Shown one piece after another: positions 1-13,310 of a stretch of 64,000 bases of DNA. The translations under genes were made by a program, and so were the position numbers. Each line of letters begins with the position of its first letter. Positions within the stretch are counted from its first letter, which is position 1. Source of the stretch: Lama guanicoe (Eukaryota). The notes below the pieces were generated by a model. The model was not told the DNA's origin and made no database searches. It was given only the letters and a program-made list of their open reading frames with translations. The DNA lies in assembly GCA_013239625.1 (NCBI GenBank), contig MU054116.1:145890-209889 (forward strand). The letters run 5' to 3'.

Positions 1-439
1 TTGGTTTTTTTTGTAATGTTTAGCATGTAATGTTTTAGTTTAGGAAAAAACTTACCAAAAAGAAAAAAAAAACTGAAAAAAATCTGGAGCAGAGACTCCA
101 AGTTCTGATCAAGACTCTTTAGAGTGAGTCCAAATTACTTATTATGTATTAACCTTTTGACAAAGACCAAATCGTTAACCAAAAGTATTAATGCTATAAT
201 ATTTTTCACTTAGCTCTGAGTAGGGAAGAACTTGGGGAGCCAAATGACATTTTGCTACCCATGAAATCATACTGCATTAGTGATAAATCCAACCATATTC
301 ATATTATGATTTAAAATATAATATGTAAATAAAGTGAAGATAGTGCTGATTATGTTAGATTTTATACAGATAATATACTCTAAATAACCTCTTTGAATTA
401 TTGAGCATGCAGATTGGACAGAAGTGATGAAATTCAGTG

Positions 440-1375
440 ATGAAAAACTATACAATAACAACTTTTGTTCTGCTGGGACTGACAGATGACCCTGAGCTAC
501 AGGTGCTGATTTTTATCTTTCTATTTCTCGCTTACATACTGAGTGTAACTGGAAACCTGACCATCATCACACTCACATTTGTGGATTCCCATCTTAAAAC
601 ACCCATGTACTTTTTCTTAAAAAATTTCTCCTTCTTGGAGATCTCACTCACATCTTCTTATATTCCCAGATACCTGTATAGCATAGCAACAGGTGACAAG
701 GTCATTACCTATAATGCTTGTTTCATCCAAGTGTTTATCTCTGACCTGTGTGGAATAACAGAATTTTATCTGTTGGCCGCTATGTCCTTTGACCGCTACA
801 TGGCCATCTGCAAACCCCTGCATTATGTGACCATCATGAGCAGCCGAGTCTGCAGGATTCTCATCATCTCTTCCTGGATGGCTGGTCTCTGTATTTTAAT
901 CCCACCACTTATCCTGGGTTTAAATCTAAAATTTTGTGACTCTAACAGGATTGATCATTTCGGCTGTGATGCATTTCCTTTAGTGGAAATCTCGTGCTCA
1001 GACACACGGTTGATGGAACAGACCGTTATAATCTGTGCTGTGCTGACCCTGAATATGACTCTTACTTGTGTGGTTCTGTCATATGCTTATATCATCAAGA
1101 CAATTTTTAGGTTCCCTTCTGTTCAGCAAAGGAAAAAGGCTTTTTCCACCTGTTCTTCACACATGATTGTGGTTTCGCTTACCTATGGCACCTGCATTTT
1201 CATCTATATGAATCCTACAGCAAAGGAAGAAGTGACCATTAAAAAAGTGGTTTCACTGCTTATTTTTTCTGTTTCACCTACGTTGAACCCATTTATTTAT
1301 ACCCTGAGAAACAACCAAGTTAAGGAAGCCTTTAAGGACTCAATCAAAAGAACTGCCTTGCTCTCAACTAAGTAA
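440..1375 (+). CDS. Olfactory receptor, family 6 subfamily C (OR6C2/OR6C68-like), intact, 311 aa
   Basis: Single-exon ORF with OR motifs [52 protein letters not shown]-glycosylation site NYT. ATG is at 440 (the ORF track starts at the GTG at 437). Candidate splice acceptor TGCAG at ~407-411. Confidence 0.95.
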   Translation: MKNYTITTFVLLGLTDDPELQVLIFIFLFLAYILSVTGNLTIITLTFVDSHLKTPMYFFLKNFSFLEISLTSSYIPRYLYSIATGDKVITYNACFIQVFISDLCGITEFYLLAAMSFDRYMAICKPLHYVTIMSSRVCRILIISSWMAGLCILIPPLILGLNLKFCDSNRIDHFGCDAFPLVEISCSDTRLMEQTVIICAVLTLNMTLTCVVLSYAYIIKTIFRFPSVQQRKKAFSTCSSHMIVVSLTYGTCIFIYMNPTAKEEVTIKKVVSLLIFSVSPTLNPFIYTLRNNQVKEAFKDSIKRTALLSTK

Positions 1376-2979
1376 AAGAAAATAATATTTTTAAAACATC
1401 ACCTCAAAAACAAGGATAAATGGCCATAGTCATTTATCTTTGAAACTTGTGATCATGTTTGTTTAATAATATGCATGTGAGTAGCATTAATTTCTCAACA
1501 TTTCTTTAACCTAGCTTCCACTGAGCCCTGCTCAAACCATTTTTGTATCTTCATTCTTCAAACCAAGAATTAAATCTCTTGAGTATAAAATGTATAAATG
1601 AAAAATAAATACTGGAAAATACTTTATGTAATATCAAAATATATTATAGATCAATAAAATCAAATTAATATAGCATTGGCATAAGAAAAGATAAAATGTT
1701 CAGTAGAACTTTTGAGATCATGAAAGTATAGACTAATAATATATAGCCTTTATTTTATATAAAGATTTATTTTGCTTATTATATAAAAGTGGGAAATTTT
1801 CAGTTCAGTAGGAAAATCATGGTTTATTTATTAATTCTTTCAATCACACAAAAAATTCAAATGAAAAAGGTTTACTTTTTATTTACACAACATATATGTT
1901 ACATTCTAAATGTTTTAAAATTTTAAGTATAAAAATAAACAAATAAAAACTTAGGAAATACAGATGATCACAATAATATAAAGAAGCAAGAAACTTTCTT
2001 AAGAATTTAAAGGCAGAAAGTGACAAAAGAAAAGGCACCTATTTGATTACTTGTGTGTTAACCATTTTGGCTGGCAAAAGATATCACTGAAAAATTCATA
2101 AGTCGAATAATAATGCTGAAACTAAATATATAACATTGACAATGAGATCCCCTCTAAAGGAAATTAAGAGCTCCTGCAGATGAACAATACAAGTGAAAAG
2201 GTCTAAATAAAAATAACCAGAAAATAGAAATAAGCAATTTAGAGAACATTAAAGCCCAATTAGTAAAGAATGTACTATTGTCAACTGATCTTAGAATCAT
2301 CCTAATGTCAAAAAATTTATACTGAGGTAAAAATTTATACCAATCAAAACTGTTGATTTTAGAAAAATCTTTTCATCTGTTGCTGAATAAGACAATGGAC
2401 AAAAGGCTGCTTTCCTATAGTACATGTGGAAATTTAAATTGCTAAAACTTTTTGGCCAGCAATCAGAAAATCTGCAATTTGAAAGTGCACATATAGTTTG
2501 ATACAGCAATTCCATGTCTGCAACTCTTTCTCATAGAAATTAAAGCACCATTCTGGAAGGATATACAGTATTAAAAGCATAGCATGAAAAGAAAGGCACA
2601 GTATGGAAAGCAGCATTTCTAGTAACAAAAAAATCTCTGATCCTTGATTAGCTGCTGGAGACAACCTGAGTCCTTGGAATAAGTTGCCTGAAAAAGCAAG
2701 ATGAAAACTCATTAATTAATGGAATGTCATGCAATTATTAAACAAATATATTATAGTGACAATTTGATCTGCAGTAATTCTTGTGAATTTTTTTGAAAAG
2801 ATGGAAAAGTGTGTTTGATGTGATCAAGTTTTGTAATGAAAATCTTGGCAAAAACCCTTCAGTAGGTGTGTGTATATGTATATACACATATGTCAACATA
2901 TAGAGAGATGCGTGTATGTAAAAATGCATGTATATGTAAAAATGTTTACATTATTCATTTAAAATAATATAAAACATAT

Positions 2980-3360
2980 TGAGAGCCCAGTTGGCTCATG
3001 CCATGCACATTTAAAAAAAAAAAAAAGGACTGACCCTTGATTAGCTGCTGGAGACAACCTGAGTCCTTGGAATAAGTTGCCTGATGAGAGTGTTCTTTAA
3101 TGCCTTAGGCCCTGGCCATACTGTATCGTTTGATCTCTGATAGGCTGGAGACTAAGTAGCCAAGGTCAGTCCTGTGGGCCCTGCATGCCTAGTGACTGAC
3201 TTTCCAATAAACCCCTGGACCCCAAGGCTCAGGTGAGCCTCCCTGGTTGGAAACACTTTGTACATGTTGTCACATACTGTCAAGAATTAAGTTCATCCCT
3301 ATTTCCACTTGGAGGGGACACCTGAAAGCTTGTGCCTGGTTTCTCCTGGACCTTGTCCAT
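2980..3360 (+). mobile_element. Old LTR fragment (MER77/MER68-like)
   Basis: Recognised text 'gagcccagttggctcatgcc...ggctggagact...aataaacccctggac...ggttggaaacactttg'; family call from memory. Confidence 0.55.
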
Positions 3361-3656
3361 TGGATGGGGGTCCCCATTTCATAGCTGGCTGTCAGCCAAG
3401 GTCTGCCAGAAATAGACAATTTTCTTTATTTTCAGATCTCTTGCATGCTTCAAATTTCTTTCACCAGTAAAAGCTTCCATCCTTTTTAAGGGCTCATTTG
3501 ATTAAGGTCCACCAAGGATAATTTCCTTATCTTAAAGTCAACTATTTTAGACCTTATTACATATGAAAAACAATCCCTTTACACTAGCATTTGTATTCTT
3601 GTATGGTTGAAGGCAGCAAAAGATGCAAGTATATCAAAGTCTGGGAGCTCTGGGAC
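3361..3656. mobile_element. MaLR (MLT1-like) LTR fragment
   Basis: 'ttttaagggctcatttgattaaggtccaccaaggataatttccttatcttaaagtcaact' is typical MLT1 text. Confidence 0.5.
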
Positions 3657-3657
3657 C

Positions 3658-4044
3658 TGAGATGGTTAATTTTATGTGTCAACTTGTTTAGGGTGCCCAG
3701 ATAGTCAAACATTATGCTGGCTGTCTCCGTAAGGGTGTATTTGAATGAGATTAACATTAAAATTGGTGGACTTGAGTGGACTGCCCTCCATAATGAAGGT
3801 GAGCTTCATCCAATCACCCCTTAGTAAGAAAATTCTCCAGCAGGCTGCTTCCAGACTTAATCTGCGAAATTGGCTCTTTCTGGTTCTTCAGCAAACTGCC
3901 TTTGAACTCAAACTGCAGATATCCCTGAGTCTCCAGCCTACAGATTTTGGACTTGCCATCCTCTGTAAGCATATGAGCCAACTGCCAATGCCTTATTACA
4001 TATACCCTATTGGTTCTGTCTCTCTGGAGAATCCAGACTAATAT
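3658..4044 (+). mobile_element. MLT2-like solo LTR (ERVL)
   Basis: Starts 'tgagatggttaattttatgtgtcaacttg' and ends 'tggttctgtctctctggagaatccagactaatata', the canonical MLT2 termini. Confidence 0.8.
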
Positions 4045-4149
4045 AGAGACCATCTTAGAATTCTGCCTGCTACACATGAAATATATTAGAAAGACTAAAC
4101 TATACTTTTAGAGATGAAAGCTACAAAATTTGAGATGAAAAACAACATG

Positions 4150-7100
4150 AAATATGTATAATGAAACTGACTATATTCTGGGCTATAAAAGAATTCAAAT
4201 CATATAAAGCGTGAACTCTGACCACAAGAGAATTCTAAATATTACAAAAAGACATGAGAACAATCTCCAAACATACAAAAACTAACATAAATCAAAATAA
4301 GACATAGTTCACTGAAGAAATCAAAAGATATTTAAAATATTTTGAAATGAGTGAAAATTAAAGTACAACATGCCAAAATATGTTGGATGCAGCAAAAGCA
4401 GTATTGGGAGGACAATTTATGATACTAAATGCCTATACTAGAAAAAAAAAGAAAAAAATCTAAATTCTCTCAATCTTCTCCACAATATTAGGAAAAAAGG
4501 GAAGAAAATAAATCAAATACAAAGTAAACAGGAAAAAATAATAAAAATTATTATAGAAATCAATTGAAATGGAAGAGGAAAACCATAGATAAAAGTTGGT
4601 TCTTAGAGAAAAATCAAGAAAGAAGAGAGAGACCACAAATTACAAATATAAGGAATGAGGGAGGTGATGTAACTATAAATTTAATAGACATTAAAAGGAA
4701 AATAAAGGAATATTACTAAAAGCGCATAACCATAAGTTGACAGCTTATATAAAATGGACAGATTCCTTACAGCATGCTGCACTGTGCACAATGGTGGTGC
4801 TTAAACAGTGATTGCTAAAGACTTACAGGGCCCAGAGTGACAGTATTTACAATTAGAATTTATTACAAGAGAAAGATACACGACATGAACAGCATTAAAA
4901 TAAAGGTATGGCCCACAGGCAAAGGCTGTATCACATAAAGGGGTCTGAAGAGGTGAGGTACACACTTTTATTGTCCTCCCTCGGTAGGGATCATGGATGG
5001 ACATACTTTCTGTCTCAGACCAGAAGCCACTGACATGTGTAGAAAACACCTCAATCCCAGAGGCCCCAAACAGAGTCACAGCTGAGGATTTTTATATGTT
5101 TTTAACTATATGGGAACATTCCTGCCACATAAATAACCTCAAAAGTAGAAGCCTAAAATGGTCCCACCTAGACCAAGTGCAAATGATGAATAAATATTAA
5201 TCAATAAACAACGTTAACAAGCTGGTAAACACTGTCCTGAGACTCCTTAGACCCATGATTTAAAAGCAACATATTAATCAGTATAGTTCATGGCTTTCCC
5301 GGGGTCAGTGCCATGCTGGAAGTTCAGCAAAAATAGCTCAGAGCAACTAGAATCAGGCTTGCTAGAATTAACCTTCAAAGCTTAAAAACAAACAAAACTC
5401 AGTCCAAAAAAAAAAAAAAGATTAATAGCCATCCATGTATTGCAGAAACTGTAAAATGTGGTTAAACACATTTCCATAAATAAAATCCAAACCAAATGCC
5501 TTCACTGATGAATTTTACCAAATATGTAAGTAAGAAATAATACTATTTCTACACAATTTTTTTCAGAAAATTAATAAGAAGAGGATATTTCTAGATTTAT
5601 TTTATAAGGTCAACAATAGTCTGATAACAAAATCAAAAGCATCACAAGAAAGAAGTAGATAGACCAATACCTCTCATAAATATAGTTGTAAAAATTAACT
5701 GTTAGCAATAGAACTGAGATATATACAGATTTAGAGAGATATGCATCATCACCCCAGGGAATTTTATCCCAGGAATGTAAGACTGATTTAACACTTGAAA
5801 ATCAATCAATATAACCCACCATATAATAAAACTAAAAAATAAAAGGTATATATACATGATTATCTTAATCAATGCAGAAGCATTTGAAAAATCCAACATC
5901 CATTCCTAATTAAAAAAAAATTGTTAGCCAATATTTCATAATAACTTTAAATGGAATAAGTTATAAAAAAATGTTGAATCACTATGTTATACACCTGAAC
6001 AAACTTAATATTGTAAATTGACTATACTTCAATTTTAAGAAAATACTTAGAAAACTAGGAAATGAAACTCAACTTAATAAAAGACATCTACCAAAAAAAT
6101 ACAACTAACGTCATATTTAATAATGAAATGCCAAATGCTTCCCCTAAGATCAAGAGCAACACAAGGATGGCCACTGTAACTATTTCTATTCAGCACTGTA
6201 CTGAAGATTATAGTCAGTGCAGTACGTCCAAAAAAGAAAAAAAAAATCTAGATTCCACAGGAAGGAAAGAATTGTCCTTATTTCTCTGCAACTTCATATG
6301 ATAAATGTTGCAGAAAAATACTGACAAAGTTCAAACGTATTTTATATACTAACAATAAGAAATTGAACACTAAATAGTGGAATATTAAAGATATAGGCTT
6401 ATATTTGACAAAAGATATGAAAGATCTGCATATTGAGAACTAAAAATTAACTAAAATTTTAAATGAGCCGTATGGGTGGAGATGCATGCCACTTTCCTAG
6501 ATTAAAACACTAAATATTATTGAGAGTTTGATTATTTCCAAATTAATTTATAGGTTCAATTTGATTTTAATCAAGAAATTAACAAGGTGTTTTACAAAAT
6601 ACATATGAAAATTCAAAAGACCTAGAATTACCATTTAAGTCTGAAAAAGAACAAAGTTACAGAACCTATCTTGTTTCTGTTTAGCACTTGTTATTAAGCT
6701 AACTAATCAAGACAGTGTGGTACTGATGTAAAAATACAGAAACAGGTCAGTGAAAAATAACTGAGACTCCAGAAGTAAATCACCACATTTGTGCTGTACT
6801 GATTTTTGACAGAGGTGCAGGAACTATTTACCAAGAAAGGTTACGCTTTTCTACAAATGGCACTGGAAAAATCAGATAATCATATTTTTAAAATGTGAAC
6901 TTTGATATGTACTTGTACGATTGACAAATAAATTTATAAAAGTTAACTCAAAATGAATCCTATAAGTAAAACAAACTACAGTACTTCTAGGACAAAATAC
7001 TAGAGAACATTGTTGGGTTAGGCAAAGTTATTTTTAAATATAATAGCAAAAACATGATGCATTTTTTTTAATTATGAAATACCACCTATACAAATTTAAA

Positions 7101-7790
7101 CTTTCTGCTTTTAAAAAGATACTACTAAGGGTATAAGACTAGCCATAAGTGAGGAAAAATATTTGCAAATCACAAATCTGGCAAAGGACTTGTATCCAAA
7201 CTGTACAAAGAACTCTCAAAATTCAATAATAAGAAAATGTTTTAAATAAGCAAATGATTTAAACAGATATTTCACCAAGGAAGATATACATATGGTAACT
7301 AAACACACAAAAAAATGTTCAACATCATTAGCTTTAGGTATGTGAAAATTAAAATTACAATGGGATACTACTACACATTTACTAGAATGTCTAAAAGCAT
7401 AAGATTAATCATACCAAGGAAGTGGACCAATCAGAACACTCCTACACTACTGTTGGGAATGTAAAATCATATGACTGCTCTAGAAAACTTGTTGACAGTT
7501 TATTAAAAAGTTAAGTATGTACCTTCTAGATGACCCAGCCATTCCACTCCAAAGTATTTACCCAATAGAAATGAAAGTACATGCCATTAGAGCTATTTTT
7601 CTATGAATGTTCATAGCAGCTTTATTTGTAAGTACCTTAAAATTGAAATGACAAAATACCTTACTGGCAAATAAACAGAAAATTTTAGTATATCCGCACA
7701 ATGGAATTTTTCTCAGAAATAAAAGGAATGAAGGGTAGATACACGTAATAACATGGATGAATCTCAAAAAAAATTATGCTCAGTGAAACA
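4150..7790 (+). mobile_element. Decayed LINE-1 ORF2 and 3' region (old L1M), interrupted
   Basis: A-rich sequence with L1 ORF2 remnants (e.g. 6062 ORF KLNLIKDIYQKNTTNVIFN; 'gacccagccattccactcc'), no long ORF. Confidence 0.8.
4770..5440 (-). mobile_element. Possible LTR inserted in L1
   Basis: Non-L1 block interrupting L1 ORF2 text; on the minus strand a TATAAAA (~5088-5095) lies ~120 bp upstream of an AATAAA (~4967-4972). Family not recognised. Confidence 0.35.
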
Positions 7791-7799
7791 AGCAAAATG

Positions 7800-10345
7800 A
7801 AAAATGACCCCAAGCCAAGAAACCAGATGCTTAAAGGAACCATACCCCACCCACCTGCAAGCCAGCACCACCACCAGGACTCCCCAGACCACAAAGCCAG
7901 CTCATCCAGGACCCAACTCTGCCCATCAGTGGTTGGCAGACTCCACACAAAGCAGGAGCTGGTAGCAAACCAGTCTGGGGTCCAGCCCAGCCTACCAGTG
8001 CACCCACAGTAATGAGCTCTGCCACAGAAGGGTCCTCAAACCAACATAGGGTGCACTCCTGAAGCATATAGCTCTGGTGATCAGAGAGTGCTGTTGGGCC
8101 CCATAGGACATCTCCCACATAAGGCCACACCTCTGAGAGAAGGAAGTATAACCAACCTAATACACAGAAATAAAAACAGAATTAGGCAAAGGGAGGCAAC
8201 AGAAATAGTTCCAAACTAAGGAACAAGGTAAAACCCCAGAAGAACTAAGCAAATGGAGGTAAGAAATCTGCCTGATAAAAAAGTTCAAAGTGATGATCAT
8301 AAAGACTCTCAATGAACTTGGGAGAAGAATGGATGAACACAATGAGAAGCTTAATAGTTAGAAAACATAAAGAAGAACCAAACAGAGTAGAAGGATACAA
8401 TAACTGAAACAAGAACTACACTAGAAGAAATTAGATTAGCTGACACAGAGGAATGGAGACCTCTGGGACATTATCAAATGTACTAACATTTATATTATAG
8501 GAACCCCAAAAGAACAGAGTGAAAAGGGGCAGAGAAGTTATGTGAAGACATAATAGGGAGGGAGGGTACAGCTCAGTGGTAGAGCATGTGCTTAGCACGC
8601 ACAGGGTCCTGGGTGCAATACCCAGTTCCCAGTCCCTCCATTAAAAGAAAATAAATTAATTAAAATGAAGACATAATAGCTGAATATTTCCCTAACCTGG
8701 GAAAGGAAACAGACATCCAGGTCCAGGAATCACAGAGTCTCAAACAAGATCAAACTAGAGAAGGAGATCCACACCAAGACATGTAACTAAAATGTCAAAA
8801 CTTAAAGATAAAAAGAGTATCTTAAAAGTAACAAGGGAAAAGGAACTAGTTATGTACAAGGGAATTCACATAGAGACCATCAACTGACTTTTCAGCAGAA
8901 AATCTGCAGGACAGAAGGATGGCACAATATATTTAAAGTGATGAAAGAAAAAAACCCACAATCAATGAATATACTACCCAGCAAGGCTATCACTCAGATT
9001 TAAAGGCGAGATCAAGAGTTTTACATACAAAAAAAAAAAAAAAAAAGAGTTCAGCACTACTAAGTCAGCTTTATGAGAAATGTTAAAGGGCCCTCTCTAA
9101 GTGAAAGAGAAAAGACCATAACCAGATATATGAAAATCATGAAAGGAAAAATGTCTTCAGTAAAGGCAAATAAACAGTAAAATTAGTAGACTGAATATTT
9201 ATAATGCTAATAGAAACGTTAAAAGACAAAAGTAGTAAAAATCATCTATATGCACAAAAAGTAGTTAAGGGATACACAAAACAAAAAGAAGTAAGATATG
9301 ATGTCAAAAACATTAAACATGGGGGGCATTTGAGGGAGTAAAAATGCAAGGTTTTTAGAATGTGTTTGACCATAAGAAATCAACAATTTAAAAAAATCAC
9401 AGATACACAGATAGATATAGATAAGAGATAAAGATAGAGCTAGAGATGATGATAGAGGTATTTCTATATCTATATCTATTTCTCTATAGATACACAGATA
9501 TTCCTATATATGGGATGCTCATGTTATCCACAAGCCAAAAATCTATAATAGGTACACAAAAAGAAAGGAATCCAAACATAACATTAAAGATAGTCATCAA
9601 ATCACAAGGGAAGAGAGAAAAATAAGGAACAAAATAGAACTACAAAACAAACTGAAAACAGTCAACAAAATGGCCATAATTACATGTCTAGCAATAATTA
9701 CTTTAAATGTAAATGGACTAAAATCTCCAACAAAAACACATACAGTGCTTGGATGTATAAATAAGTAAGATTCATATATATTCTGTCTATAAGGGACTCA
9801 CTTCAGATCTAATGACACCCACAAATCAAATGTAGGGATGGAAAAAGGTGTTCCATGCAAATGGAAATCAAAAGAAAGCTGGAGTAGCAATACTAATATC
9901 AGAAAAAATAGGCTTTAAAACAAAGACTAACAAGAGACAAAGACATTACATAATGATAAAGGGATCAATTCAACAAGACAGTATAACAATTATAAATATA
10001 TATACCATATAATATCACTCACATGTGGAATCTAAGAAAACAACACACAAACGAATTTATTTACAAAACAGAAACAGACTCACAGATATAGAAAACAAAT
10101 TTATGGTTATCGGGGGTGGGAAGGGATAAATTAGGAATCTGAGATTTGCAGATACTAACTATTATATATAAAATAGATATACAAGTTTCTTCTGGATAAC
10201 ACAGAGAACTATATTCAGCATCTTGTAGTAAACTATAATGAAATATGAAAATGAATATATGTATGCATAGATATGTTTGAAACATTACGCTGTACACCAG
10301 AAATTGACACTACATTGTAAACTGAGTATACTTCAATTTAAAAAT
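7800..10345 (+). mobile_element. Younger LINE-1: 5'UTR, ORF1, ORF2 start, then a 3' end
   Basis: C-rich 5'UTR-like region, ORF1-like text ('aactgacttttcagcagaaaatctgcagg'), endonuclease start ('ataattactttaaatgtaaatggact'), and an L1 3'UTR at 10005-10345 ending 'tatacttcaatttaaaa'. Confidence 0.8.
8557..8665 (+). mobile_element. tRNA-derived SINE (Vic-1-like, camelid type)
   Basis: A/B-box-like head 'tacagctcagtggtagagc...gtcctgggtgcaatacc', A-rich tail, exact 14-bp TSD TGAAGACATAATAG at 8543-8556 and 8666-8679. Confidence 0.88.
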
Positions 10346-11349
10346 AATAATAATGGTTTTTTTTAAATGAACAAACAGAACAAAACAGAAACAGGCTTCA
10401 TAGACACAAAAAGAAAGGTAATTGTTGGGAGGAAGCTGGATGAAAAATAAAAGCAAAACAAAACAAAAATAAAAATGGTAACTTTTTGAGGTAGTGAATG
10501 CTAATTAGCTGGACTGTTTTGATCATTTTACAATGTATATTTAAATGAAACCATCATGTTCTGCACCTTAAATACATAAAAGTTTTGGCAATTATACCTA
10601 AAAAACCTGAAGAAATATTTTTAAATAGGAAAAAAGAAGAAATGTATATACTATATCCTTCTAATCCGTATAAAATTCTAGAAAATGCAAACCAATCTAT
10701 AATAACAGAGAACAGCTGAGTGACTGGAAAATAGCTCTAGCCCAGTTATATTCTACTGGATATGGCTGCACAGTCTTCCCAACTCCGTTTGTCAAAGAGA
10801 CTGCCCTTTCCATGTTGTATATTCTTGGCTCTTTTGTCATAAATTAGTTGACCATAGGAGAATGCAAAATTTAAAAGGACATAAATTTATAGTAAATTGA
10901 CTTTAAGATCTGATAGAACATTAAGATAGTGAATATAAATTAATTAAAATAAATGATATATAATTAAAATTTATATATAATATAATATGAGTATTAATTT
11001 AGACTCTGTGTAGAAGTTTAAGAACACTGATTTATATATCCAATTACACATACTCTGTTCCTAATGTTTAGTTTTTAACAGTACCTACAAATACATTGAT
11101 ACATTTGAAGAAAAAAATGTCTGGATGGGATATGATTTTATACATTTTTAAAATTTTTTGTTGTCTATTTAAAATTTCCCAAATATAACAAGTAACTTAT
11201 GTAACAAACCATCAAATGAGAAATGTGGTTTCTTTATGATCCTCCAATAAAATATGTATCAGTTTATGCTATGTGACAGTACGGTGGAGCTAAAATTGTG
11301 TTTTAAAATTGTGTTTTATAAAATTGTGTTGCCTACTGGCCTGTATCTG

Positions 11350-11490
11350 CTGCATCCTCCTGTCTCCAAGGACAGTGTCTCCAAAGAAGCCATTGTTGCC
11401 ATACTGTTTTATAATAAGTTTTATTACTCAGAAGATTTATTAGTGACTGTTCTTGGGTCACTGGGGACTCTATTTATTCACTTAGTCGCT
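11350..11490 (+). promoter_or_regulatory. Paralogous upstream non-coding block (candidate OR promoter or 5' exon), copy 1
   Basis: Similar to blocks at ~34605 and ~46765 (shared 'aggac', 'attagtg', 'gggtcac..gggactc'); ~3.2 kb upstream of the OR at 14609. Confidence 0.45.
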
Positions 11491-13164
11491 TTTTTATCAA
11501 ACAAAGCAAATGTCAAGCCAGAAACAGTAAATGTCTTCACAGCCCTGAGAGATAAGAATAGCAACTTTCCTGAAACTGGAAAAATTTCTGACATTCCACA
11601 GTCTTCATACAATATTATTGTATTTGTTTTTTCTTTTTTTGAGGGAGTTTTTAAGAGTTTAATAAGGAATTCCATGAAATTGGTTGAAGATGGAAAGTGC
11701 AGAGAGGTCTATGCATATTGGATTTGTTGTGAATGTGAGAGTGGACTCATAAGCAAAAGTAACCAGAAGTTCATATGAAAATCTTCATCTCAACTACGAT
11801 TTTCAATTTAGGAATTTTAAGATTTCATGTGTTTCAATAACTAACAGAAACTATGATTGACAGTCGTAATAGTAAGTGAGATTTCTCATTTAAATTATAT
11901 TTACTTTGTGTGGTTTAAATTTTATGATGCTCTAGAAAACATATTTTACCTGTATTTTAAAAATTGGAAATGTGAGTGATAAATTTCTATATTTGGTAGA
12001 GAAGAGCGTACTTTTTTTCATTTTTTTAGAATGCAGTTCCTTTGGATACAAAATATCATTTTATAGATATTTATTAACAGGAATATACTGGCATTTAAAG
12101 AGATTAAAATTTGCTAGCTATCCAGAAATATATTAACTATATCATCAGCCTCACTTCAAAAAATAAGATACATATTCATGTAATTGTGTAAGCATACTCC
12201 CCAATCTCCCCAAGGAATAACATGTTAACCGATATTGCATCCTCATTAGAGATTTTAGTCATCTTTTCAAACATATCTTTTGAAAGTAGAATAAACAAAA
12301 ACCAGTTAGTCACATATCATTGAGTCATTTTTTAAATCTTTATGTACTTTAAAAGGAAAAAAACAGACATTTTTAGAGCATTGAATCATATCCAATGGTG
12401 GTGATAAGGCTAAGTTCACTCAGTGATATGATGCATGTGTTGTCTGAGAGATTAGAAAGGGGGTTGGAGAAAGGTAGGAGACGAGCAGCAGAAATATTTC
12501 TCCTACATCCTAATTTGATATAATATGACTGTTGATGTATCCCCAGTTCCTTTAGAGTGTTCTGTCAGGCAAATCATGAGCTTTGTTCATTTCTTCTTCC
12601 TTACGTTGTGTTTTGGAACCTTGAGGCCTTCCCTGTATTTGCTACTTAGATAGTCAGAGCTGACCCTGTCCCACATCGTGAAACAACACATTAGTTCACA
12701 CAGTAACAAGAGTGAACGATAAGTGTGTAGTTCACATAGACAAATAAATCAGGGTATCCAGGGGAAATTTTTCAGAAATCATTGTTGTAGGGAACTTTCG
12801 AACTGAAAGACACTAATTTTAAAATTAAACATTTGAGTTCCTACTAATGCAGTTAATTGTCAATGTCTTAAAACAATCTGTGGAAAAGCTATTAACACTA
12901 ACTCAGAATCAAAAAAAGTTCATGCCTTCTGAATTTAATCTCACAGAAAGGTGCTCTCAGTGGCAAAAATTGCATCAACGGAATTTTACTGGAAGACAGA
13001 GCAAAGAGAAGGCAGTTTCTCTTATCTGCTGTGAAAGTATAAAAGCAGAAAAGTTGATCCTCTTCCAAAACAAAAAAGAAAGAAATTCAAAAACAGATTC
13101 TAACAAATAAAAGGTAAATAAACAAAGTTATTATCAAAATACTTTGAATTAGCAGTTCAAATAG

Positions 13165-13310
13165 AGGAGGGAGGGTATAGCTCAGTGGTAAGTCCTGGGT
13201 TCAATCCCCAGTACTTCCATTAAAATCACTAAGTAAATAAATAAACCTAATTACCTCCCCCCAGAATAAAGCAAAGCAAAATAAAAAACCAAAAAATAAA
13301 TTAAAAAAAG
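13165..13310 (+). mobile_element. tRNA-derived SINE (Vic-1-like), internally deleted
   Basis: 'gagggtatagctcagtggt|aagtcctgggttcaatccccagtac...aaataaacctaattacctcccc' followed by an A-rich tail. Confidence 0.85.

Noticed and set aside
8557..8640. tRNA-like sequence (also at 13165)
   Set aside because: SINE head with A-rich tail and TSD, not a tRNA gene.
11254..11778. 174-aa + strand ORF
   Set aside because: No recognisable domain; overlaps the putative OR upstream block; most likely a chance ORF.
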